Shown here: in pieces, positions 8,049-15,397 of the stretch | How positions within the stretch are numbered: the stretch's first letter is position 1 | Layout of the letters: each line of letters starts with the position of its first letter | Assembly (NCBI GenBank): GCA_018241445.1 | Contig: JAFEDT010000002.1 | Coordinates: forward strand, 66,855 to 130,854 | DNA: 64,000 nt | Reading direction: 5' to 3' | Source: Pseudomonadota bacterium | GTDB taxonomy: Bacteria; Pseudomonadota; Gammaproteobacteria; Steroidobacterales; Steroidobacteraceae | Notes under the pieces: model-generated | What the model saw: the letters and a program-made list of their open reading frames with translations, nothing else | Told to the model about the DNA's origin: nothing | Databases searched by the model: none | Made by a program: the position numbers and the translations under genes

Positions 8049-9299
8049 ATGCCGAGCGGCCTGTCGCGCGGATTGTTCTTCCTCGCGAGCTCGGTGGTCG
8101 CGGGCCTGGCGCTGGCATTCGTGATCATTGCTGTGCGCCCGCAGCTGTTGCGCCCTGCCATCCAGGCGGCGGCGCCGGAAGTCGCCCAAGCCCCCGCAGC
8201 ACCTGCGGCGCCTGCGTTGCCAGCGGCGCAAACCCTCGCCGCGCCGACAACGGCAGTCCCGCCGCCCTCCGTGCCGACGGCTGGCCCGACCCCCGGCATC
8301 GCCGCACAAGCTGCCCTTGCCGTCCACGGTTCGCTGTCCAGCGCCGCTGCGCGGGCCGCCCCGGCGGTAGTGAACATCTACACCGCGCGCGTGGTGACAG
8401 AACGCCTCAGGCCGACGCTCGGGGAGCTGTTCGGCGATTACCTGCCCCGGTACCGGCAGCGCATCGAACGCAGCCTGGGCTCCGGGGTGATCGTGGACGA
8501 GGCGGGCCACATCGTCACCAATCATCACGTCATCGCCAACGCCGATTCCGTGCGCGTGCAGCTGGCGGACGGCAGGGTGGCAAACGCCCGCATCGTCGGC
8601 CGCGACCCGGATACCGACCTGGCGGTGCTGCAGATCGATATCCGTCCGCTGCCGGTGGCGGTATTCGGCCGATCGGACCAGCTGCGCGTGGGCGACCTGG
8701 TGCTGGCGATCGGCAACCCCCTCGGCCTGTCGCAGACGGTCACCCACGGCATCGTGAGCGCCACCAGCCGCCAGCAGCTGGGGATCGCGCCGCTGGAGGA
8801 TTTCATCCAGACCGATGCGCCGATCAATTTCGGCAACTCCGGTGGCGCACTGGTTGACGCCAGCGGCGCCCTGGTGGGCATCAATACCGCCATCGTCGCC
8901 AAGAACCTCGGCGTCGAGGGCATCGGCTTCGCCATACCGGTCAACATGGTGCGCGGTGTGCTGCGCGAGATCGTGGCGCACGGCCACGTGATGCGCGGCT
9001 GGATCGGCATCCTCCCCGAGGACCTGAACGACGAGCAGGCCGGGCAGCTCGGGCTGGCGCAGGCAGGCGTGGTCATCGGCAACCTGTATGCGGGCAGCCC
9101 CGCGCAGCAGGCCGGCCTGCAGCCCGGGGACCTCCTGCTCGCCATCAACGCGGTGCCGCCGCGCAATGCGCAGGACGCACTCGGCCGCATTGCCACCTTG
9201 AAGCCCGGCGCCACCGTGTTGCTGCGTGGACTGCGCGGACGGCAGGTGTTCGAGACCCGGGCGACGGTCCGGGAGCGGCCACGCGGCGCCGGCGGCTGA
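8049..9299 (+). CDS. DegS/AlgW-like membrane-anchored trypsin-fold serine protease with one PDZ domain
   Basis: 416 aa. It has an N-terminal TM helix (GLFFLASSVVAGLALAFVIIAV), a ~55-aa Ala/Pro-rich linker, the catalytic triad context (IVTNHHV, DTDLAVLQ, GNSGGALV) and a single PDZ (GVVIGNLYAGSPAQQAGLQPGDLLLAIN). Confidence 0.85.
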   Translation: MPSGLSRGLFFLASSVVAGLALAFVIIAVRPQLLRPAIQAAAPEVAQAPAAPAAPALPAAQTLAAPTTAVPPPSVPTAGPTPGIAAQAALAVHGSLSSAAARAAPAVVNIYTARVVTERLRPTLGELFGDYLPRYRQRIERSLGSGVIVDEAGHIVTNHHVIANADSVRVQLADGRVANARIVGRDPDTDLAVLQIDIRPLPVAVFGRSDQLRVGDLVLAIGNPLGLSQTVTHGIVSATSRQQLGIAPLEDFIQTDAPINFGNSGGALVDASGALVGINTAIVAKNLGVEGIGFAIPVNMVRGVLREIVAHGHVMRGWIGILPEDLNDEQAGQLGLAQAGVVIGNLYAGSPAQQAGLQPGDLLLAINAVPPRNAQDALGRIATLKPGATVLLRGLRGRQVFETRATVRERPRGAGG

Positions 9300-9329
9300 C
9301 CAGGAGCGCGCATGACCGCTGGAGCCTGC

Positions 9330-10049
9330 ATGACCGAATTGACCGTCCGCCGTTTCCCCACCCGTGCCGCGCTGGATGCGGCGCTGGAAGAGCGCCTGAT
9401 CGCGGCACTGGCCAGCTCCGCAGGTGCGGGCGCGGGCGCAGGTGCGAGCGCGGGTGCGGGGGCGACGTCCGCGATCATGCTCTCGGGCGGGACTACGCCG
9501 ATGGGCGCGTACAGGGCCGTGGCGACCCGGCTGCCAACGCAGACGCTCGGGCTGCAGGTGTTCTTTTCCGATGAGCGTTACGTGCCTGCGGACTCGGAGC
9601 GCAGCAACTATCGTCAGGCCGCCCCCCTGCTCGACGCCCTGCAGCAACGCGGGGCGACCATCGTACGCGTGCCCACGCAGCTGACGCTCGAAGCAGCCAC
9701 CGCACAGTACGAGGAGCAGCTTGCCGCTTTGCTGCGCAGTGGCACGCCGATCGGACTCGGACTGCTTGGACTGGGCGCCGACGGTCACACGGCGTCGCTC
9801 TTCAGCCAGGCCGATCTGCAGCGCGCCCGCGGCCGGCTCACCCTCTCCGTACAGCGCCCGGACGGCTTGTCGGCCGTCAGCGTGACGCCCGATCTGCTGG
9901 AGCGCGTCGACGATCTGCTCTTCGTCACCGTGAGCGCCGGGAAGGAGGAGGCCTTGCGTCGGCTGCAGGCGGGGGATTCGACCCTCCCGGCCTGGCAGGC
10001 GGTCAGCCGCCGGCCGCGCACGATGCTTTGGGTGGCCGAGACGGGCTAG
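9330..10049 (+). CDS. pgl: 6-phosphogluconolactonase
   Basis: ORF 9312..10049; the likely start is MTELTV at 9330 (9312 also possible). It carries LSGGTTP and the signature GLGADGHTASLF. An Ala/Gly low-complexity insert (SSAGAGAGAGASAGAGA) precedes the LSGG motif. Confidence 0.85.
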   Translation: MTELTVRRFPTRAALDAALEERLIAALASSAGAGAGAGASAGAGATSAIMLSGGTTPMGAYRAVATRLPTQTLGLQVFFSDERYVPADSERSNYRQAAPLLDALQQRGATIVRVPTQLTLEAATAQYEEQLAALLRSGTPIGLGLLGLGADGHTASLFSQADLQRARGRLTLSVQRPDGLSAVSVTPDLLERVDDLLFVTVSAGKEEALRRLQAGDSTLPAWQAVSRRPRTMLWVAETG

Positions 10050-10057
10050 AATCCGCT

Positions 10058-10077
10058 CTGTGGCGACGACGCCACAG
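10058..10077 (+). terminator. 8-bp stem hairpin just after the pgl stop
   Basis: CTGTGGCG-ACGA-CGCCACAG, 9 nt after the pgl stop. It has no clear U-tract (followed by TCGTT). Confidence 0.35.
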
Positions 10078-10240
10078 TCGTTGCGGGCTTGCACCTGCCG
10101 CTGGGGTGAGTACTATCCACGCCCATGGGTGCGCTTAGGTCTTCAGGGGGCGCGCACTGGGACAGCGGGGATTCGATTCTTTTTTCAGGGTATCGGGTCG
10201 GTCGCTTCTAACCTTTTACGATCTCAGGGGAGTTGTTTAC

Positions 10241-13200
10241 ATGAGCAATTCAAGTCGCAGCGTGCGACAGGCCGTGAGGCTTGCGCTGACAGTGTGCGCC
10301 ACCACCACGGCGGCACCGTTGGCTTTCGCCCAGACGGCGCCGGCCGCGGCTGCAGCGCAGAACGGGCCCATCCTTCAGGAAGTGGTGGTTACCGGATCGC
10401 GCATCAAGTCCGCGAGCCTGGAAGCGATCAGTCCCGTAACAGCGGTGGGCGCGGAGGAAATCAAGGACTCCGGCGTGACCCGCGTCGAGGACCTGCTGAA
10501 CAGCCTGCCGCAGGTCGTTGCTGACCAGGGATCGGGCCTGTCCATGGGATCAACGGGTGTCGCCAACCTCAACCTGCGCGGCCTGGGCGTGCAGCGCACC
10601 CTGGTGCTGGTCAACGGCCGGCGCCTGATGCCCGGCGACCCGACCGGCGGCGGGGCGAGCGTCACCAACCTCGGTTATGCCTCCGCGGCGGACGTGAACC
10701 AGATTCCCGTGGCACTGGTCGAGCGCGTCGACGTGCTCACCGGGGGCGCGTCGGCGACCTACGGCGCCGATGCGGTCGCAGGCGTGGTCAACTTCGTCAT
10801 GAACGACCACTTCGAGGGAGTGCGCCTCGACGTCAACGCCGGCATCTACAATCACGAGAATCACAACAAGTTCATCAACGGGCTGCTGACGAAGCGCAAA
10901 TTCCCGACGGTCAGCGGCAGCAACTGGGACGGGCAGAACAAAGACCTGACCCTGGTGATGGGGCACAACTTCGCCGACGGCGCGGGCAACTTCGAAGGCT
11001 ATCTCGGGTACCGCCGGTCATCGCCGATGACGGCCGATCACCGCGATTTCGCCTCCTGCGTACTCACTTCGACCCCCTCGACTTCGTTCACCCCGTACAC
11101 CTGCGGCGGTTCGAGCAACTCCGCGCCGGCCGTCGTCTACAATCAGACGACCTTCGCCTCGGATCAGGTCGACGCGAACGGCAACCTGGTGAAGAAGTAC
11201 CAGCGCTTCAACTACGCCGCCAGTCACTACCTGCAGCGCATCGACGAGCGGTACACGGCCGGGTTCTTCGGGCATCTGAAGTTCAACCAGCACGTCGAGG
11301 CGTACACCGAGTTCATGTTCATGGACGACTCGACCCGTGGCAACTACGCTCCCGCGGGCATCTTCCTCGCCAGCGGCTTCGCCAAGGATCCGAACACGGG
11401 GCTGCGCGACGGCAACTGGCTTGTTAACTGCGGCACGGGTGGCTTCGGCAACGCGGGGATGAACCCCTTTCTCACGCAGAACGAGTACACCACGCTGTGC
11501 AGCCCGGGCTCGCCCTTCGGGGTGTTCCCCGCCGCCAATGGCGACGTACAGCTCCTCATGGCACGCCGCAACGTCGAAGGCGGCCCGCGCCAGGACGAGT
11601 ATCTGCACACCACCTGGCGCATGCTCGTCGGCGCGCGCGGCGATATCACCGACGCCTGGAGCTACGATGCCTCCTGGGCCTCGAGCCGGGTGCGCACCAG
11701 CGACTACCACAACAACGACACGTCCTCGAGCCGCATGCAGAATGCTCTGCTGGTGATCAAGGACCCTGTCACCGGGCAGCCCGTTTGCCGCGGCGGACAG
11801 AACGGCTGCGTGCCCTGGAATATCTGGAATCCGGCAGACCCGCTCCACCCGGCTGCAGCCGCCGTCCCGTACTTCTCCGCGCCCGGACTGCTGCTTGGTT
11901 ACGGGCAGGAGGACGTCTTCAACGCGTTCGTGAGCGGCGACCTCACGAATTCCGGTGTCAAGCTCCCGACTGCGAAAGAGGGATTGAAGGTGGTGGTCGG
12001 CACCGAGTACCGCCGCGAGACGGCCCAGTTCCGGCCGGACGAGGAATTCATCACCGCCGACCTGGCCGGGAATGGCTCGCCGATCATCGGCTACGATGCC
12101 GGCCTGCACGTCTGGGAAGGGTTCGGCGAACTCCGGATGCCGCTGGCAAGCGATCTGCCGGGCGCCAAGTCGCTGGACTTCGAGGCGGGCTACCGCTACT
12201 CGAATTACACGACAGGCTTCAGCACGAACACCTACAAGTTCGGCCTGACCTGGGCGCCCATCAGTGATGTCCGCCTGCGCGGCAGTTACAACCGTGCTGT
12301 GCGCGCACCCAACGTCGCGGAGCTCTTCAAGCCGCAATACGTAGGACTGGACGGCGGTGGCGATATCTGCGCCAACACGCAGTTCCCACCGGCCACCTGC
12401 GCGCTCACGAACGGCGGGAATCCTCTGCCGGTCTACCCGGCGCCCTCGTCACCCGCAGGCCAGTACAACGGGTTGATCGGCGGCAACACGAAGCTCCAGC
12501 CTGAGGTCGGCAAGACCATCAACTTCGGGCTCGTGTTCACGCCGACGTTCATGCCGGGGTTCTCCCTGACGGTCGATTACACCGACATCAAGATCTCGCA
12601 GGTCATCACCTCGTATGGCCCGAACCTCATCCAGGCCAATTGCATTGCGAGCAACGACCCGAACAGTGTCTGGTGCCAGACCAACCCGCCGCTGGGTGGG
12701 GTGGGCATCCATCGCGATCCGGGCGGAACGCTGTGGGCAAGCCCGCAGGGCTACACGATCGATCCGCTGATCAACCTCGGCCAGCTCGAGAACAAGGGGA
12801 TCGACGTCGGCCTCGCCTACAATGTCGGCATGGGGCGTGCGGGCCGGCTGCGCACCCGTCTGGACGGCGGGTACCTGCTGAACCTCAAGATCACCCCCGG
12901 GGGCGGGGAAAGCTACGACTGTTCCGGCTTCTTCGGCCCGGACTGCTCGCCGGCGACCCCGAAGTGGCGGCATCGCCTGGCGCTGGACTGGGACACGCCG
13001 CTCGCGGGCCTCAGCGCGGGAGCCATCTGGCGGTATTTCGGGGAGACCAAGAACGAGCTGGTCAACCCGGGCTTCCCGTCATACCTGGGCGCGGCGTTGG
13101 CCGCCGTTGGCCGGCCGGACAACCGGATCCCGACCATCAGCTACCTGGATCTGCACGCCTCGTACTCGTGGGACAAGTACACCGTGCGTATCGGTGCCAA

Positions 13201-13342
13201 CAACGTGCTCGACAAGGATCCGCCGCTGTTCGATACCATCAACTCGGGCGGCAATTCGGCTTACGCCGAGAGCAACACGTTCTCGTCCATGTACGACACC
13301 GGCGGCCGGTTCCTGTACCTGCACGTGACGGCGGATTTCTAG
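10241..13342 (+). CDS. TonB-dependent outer-membrane receptor (large, ~1030 aa)
   Basis: It has a signal peptide (AAPLAFAQT), plug motifs (VVVTGSRIK, NLNLRGLG, TLVLVNGRR, VERVDVLTGGASATYGADAVAGVVNF), a long beta-barrel and the terminal YLHVTADF with a C-terminal aromatic residue. Confidence 0.9.
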   Translation: MSNSSRSVRQAVRLALTVCATTTAAPLAFAQTAPAAAAAQNGPILQEVVVTGSRIKSASLEAISPVTAVGAEEIKDSGVTRVEDLLNSLPQVVADQGSGLSMGSTGVANLNLRGLGVQRTLVLVNGRRLMPGDPTGGGASVTNLGYASAADVNQIPVALVERVDVLTGGASATYGADAVAGVVNFVMNDHFEGVRLDVNAGIYNHENHNKFINGLLTKRKFPTVSGSNWDGQNKDLTLVMGHNFADGAGNFEGYLGYRRSSPMTADHRDFASCVLTSTPSTSFTPYTCGGSSNSAPAVVYNQTTFASDQVDANGNLVKKYQRFNYAASHYLQRIDERYTAGFFGHLKFNQHVEAYTEFMFMDDSTRGNYAPAGIFLASGFAKDPNTGLRDGNWLVNCGTGGFGNAGMNPFLTQNEYTTLCSPGSPFGVFPAANGDVQLLMARRNVEGGPRQDEYLHTTWRMLVGARGDITDAWSYDASWASSRVRTSDYHNNDTSSSRMQNALLVIKDPVTGQPVCRGGQNGCVPWNIWNPADPLHPAAAAVPYFSAPGLLLGYGQEDVFNAFVSGDLTNSGVKLPTAKEGLKVVVGTEYRRETAQFRPDEEFITADLAGNGSPIIGYDAGLHVWEGFGELRMPLASDLPGAKSLDFEAGYRYSNYTTGFSTNTYKFGLTWAPISDVRLRGSYNRAVRAPNVAELFKPQYVGLDGGGDICANTQFPPATCALTNGGNPLPVYPAPSSPAGQYNGLIGGNTKLQPEVGKTINFGLVFTPTFMPGFSLTVDYTDIKISQVITSYGPNLIQANCIASNDPNSVWCQTNPPLGGVGIHRDPGGTLWASPQGYTIDPLINLGQLENKGIDVGLAYNVGMGRAGRLRTRLDGGYLLNLKITPGGGESYDCSGFFGPDCSPATPKWRHRLALDWDTPLAGLSAGAIWRYFGETKNELVNPGFPSYLGAALAAVGRPDNRIPTISYLDLHASYSWDKYTVRIGANNVLDKDPPLFDTINSGGNSAYAESNTFSSMYDTGGRFLYLHVTADF

Positions 13343-13370
13343 AAGAAACGCAGCGAAGACCTGAAGGTAC

Positions 13371-15257
13371 TCAGACGGCGGGCGCGAGCCCGCCGTCTTT
13401 TTTTGGGTGCCCGAAAGTCGCCTGCCAGGTGGCGGAATAGCCCCAACGCTCGATCCACGGCATGAGCGTAGCGAGCACTTCGCCGCTGAAGTGAGGTGCG
13501 TAGTGCCTCCACCTGCCGACGGCGCGGTTCGTGACCGGCTCGACGACCTGGGCGTAGCTCGGGGTCGTGATGAACTTGCCGCGGGCGTGCTCCCCGGGCG
13601 CTAGCATCGCATCGTCCCAGGGCAACTCGAGAAATGCGCTCAGCTTGCGCACCTCGGCAGGGAAATCCGCGGTGAGCTGCTCGTAGCGCAACTCATAGCT
13701 CGAAGGGCGCAGCAGCGGCCATTGGGCATACCAGAAGGAGAAGCAGCGGGAGTAGACCCTGGCCAGCGTCTCCAGGTCGCGGCACGCGAGCGCCAGCGGG
13801 GGGGCGGCGAAGTGCTGCATGTAGCAGCTGAGCAATACGTCGCAGGGATGCCGGATGGCGAGAACGATGCGCGCATTGGGAAACAGCCGCCGGATCACTG
13901 GCACGAAGATCATGTTCAAGGGGGCCTTGTCCACCAGGCGCTGGCCCGGCAACAGGTGCGCGCGCCTGCGGGCCCGCTCCCAGTAGCCGGCACGGATCTC
14001 CTCCAGATCCCGTGCGCTCAGTTTCCCGAGCTCGGTGGGATAGTGGATGCCCCGATCCCTGATCTCGGTGAGTGCGCGCAGCACCAGGCCCTGCTCGTCC
14101 ATGGACCGCAGCAGGGGATGCGCATCGAGCACCTGCTCCAGCAGAGTCGTCCCCGAGCGCGGAAACCCCACGATGAAGATCGGACTCTCGGCGACTCCCG
14201 GACCGTCGCTCCCCCAGCTGCCCACATCCCCGGGATCGCAGCTCTCCGCCGTGAACACCCAATAGTTGGACTGCTCCAGCGTTTTGTCATGTGCGCGTTC
14301 GAGGAACTGAAGCTGCGACCGGTGTGCCTCCTCGGCGGCCGAGTACGCCTCTTCGTAGCGCCCCAACGCGTCGCACGTCCGGGCAAACAGGAACAGCAGC
14401 TTATGCCGGTGGACGAATTCCTCGTGGTGCTTCAGCGCCAGCGCCAGGTGTCGGTAAGCCTCCTCGTGCTGGCCGGCTCTCGCAGCCAGCGCCGCAGACA
14501 TGAGCCGCCGGGCGGGATCCGGCTCCGCACGGCGGTCTTCGAGCTCGAGCCGCTCCAGCGCCGCGCGCGCCTCGTCCAGGCGGCTCAGCCGCTCCAGGAT
14601 CGACACGCACCCGAGTGCCGCAAGCCCCTGCCGCGGGGGATTCGCCAGGAGCCTCTGCACCTCCGGCTCCGCTGGATCCACCGCCGCCATCCCTCCAAGG
14701 AGCAGGATGATGCGGACGGTGAACTCGACCGTGAGGCCCTCGAGGTCCTGCCACCCTTCCAGGGCTTCGAGGGCCTCCTCGCGCTGGAAGACGTCGAAGC
14801 AGCATTGGGCGAAGGCCCAGCGAATCCGGCCGTCGGCCGGCGCGAGCTTCACCCCGTCGCGCAGGGCGAGGTACGCCGCGCCGTAGTCACAGCGATCCAT
14901 CTGCAGGACGCCCAGGTTGTACAGCACCCCTGGCGTGGGCGGAGCGAGCTTGAGCGCCTGCTCGAACGCCGCCAGGGCCTGCTCGTAGCGATTGGTCGGG
15001 CGCAGCACGGTGCCAAGATGTTCCCAGTGCCTGGCCACCGTCGGCTCCAGCAGCGTCAGCGCGTTGAAGACCCGCACCGCGTCCTCGTGTCTTCCCTGGG
15101 ACGAGAGGACGGTGCCGAGTACCTCCAGCGCCCCCGGGTGATGCTGGTGTGCCGCGAGGACCTGCAGGCACTTCTCCTGGGCGGCGCCGGGCTGTCCGCT
15201 GGCGAGATCCTGCTGCGCAAGCTGCAGGAGCAATTCGGGGTCGGCAGAAGACAACAT
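13371..15257 (-). CDS. TPR-repeat protein fused to a PAPS-type sulfotransferase domain
   Basis: Part of ORF 13371..15602; the likely start is MLSSADPELL at 15257 (alternative 15299). The N-terminal ~400 aa are TPR-like repeats. The C-terminal domain carries a 5'-PSB-like FPRSGTTLLEQVLDAHP and a 3'-PB-like LAIRHPCDVLLS. There is no signal peptide. Confidence 0.8.
   Translation of the reverse strand: MLSSADPELLLQLAQQDLASGQPGAAQEKCLQVLAAHQHHPGALEVLGTVLSSQGRHEDAVRVFNALTLLEPTVARHWEHLGTVLRPTNRYEQALAAFEQALKLAPPTPGVLYNLGVLQMDRCDYGAAYLALRDGVKLAPADGRIRWAFAQCCFDVFQREEALEALEGWQDLEGLTVEFTVRIILLLGGMAAVDPAEPEVQRLLANPPRQGLAALGCVSILERLSRLDEARAALERLELEDRRAEPDPARRLMSAALAARAGQHEEAYRHLALALKHHEEFVHRHKLLFLFARTCDALGRYEEAYSAAEEAHRSQLQFLERAHDKTLEQSNYWVFTAESCDPGDVGSWGSDGPGVAESPIFIVGFPRSGTTLLEQVLDAHPLLRSMDEQGLVLRALTEIRDRGIHYPTELGKLSARDLEEIRAGYWERARRRAHLLPGQRLVDKAPLNMIFVPVIRRLFPNARIVLAIRHPCDVLLSCYMQHFAAPPLALACRDLETLARVYSRCFSFWYAQWPLLRPSSYELRYEQLTADFPAEVRKLSAFLELPWDDAMLAPGEHARGKFITTPSYAQVVEPVTNRAVGRWRHYAPHFSGEVLATLMPWIERWGYSATWQATFGHPKKDGGLAPAV
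13374..13404 (+). terminator. Rho-independent terminator of the TonB-dependent receptor gene
   Basis: GACGGCGGGC-GCGA-GCCCGCCGTC followed by TTTTTTT (13398-13404), 32 nt after the receptor stop. The same sequence encodes the last 12 codons of the convergent sulfotransferase gene. Confidence 0.85.
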
Positions 15258-15397
15258 CAGGCAGTTCCACTCATCCGGGCCACGCGTTCGGTGAAGCATA
15301 AGACAAAACGGCCCGGGACCGCTCCCGCCGTCGGGGCTCAAAGTCGATGAACATCGTGGTGGTGTATCCTCGCGTGCGTGTGGCGGAGGCAAATTCC

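Noticed and set aside
7959-10094. 711-aa ORF on the minus strand
   Set aside because: It is antisense to the well-supported DegS-like protease and pgl genes. Its translation is Arg/Gly/Ala/Pro-rich with no recognisable motifs, which is typical of a shadow ORF in high-GC DNA.
10078-10240. Possible riboswitch or leader upstream of the TonB-dependent receptor
   Set aside because: I recognise no cobalamin B12-box, TPP or other riboswitch core, and the region is short with only weak hairpins. It is probably just a promoter and 5' UTR. An Infernal/Rfam scan would settle this.
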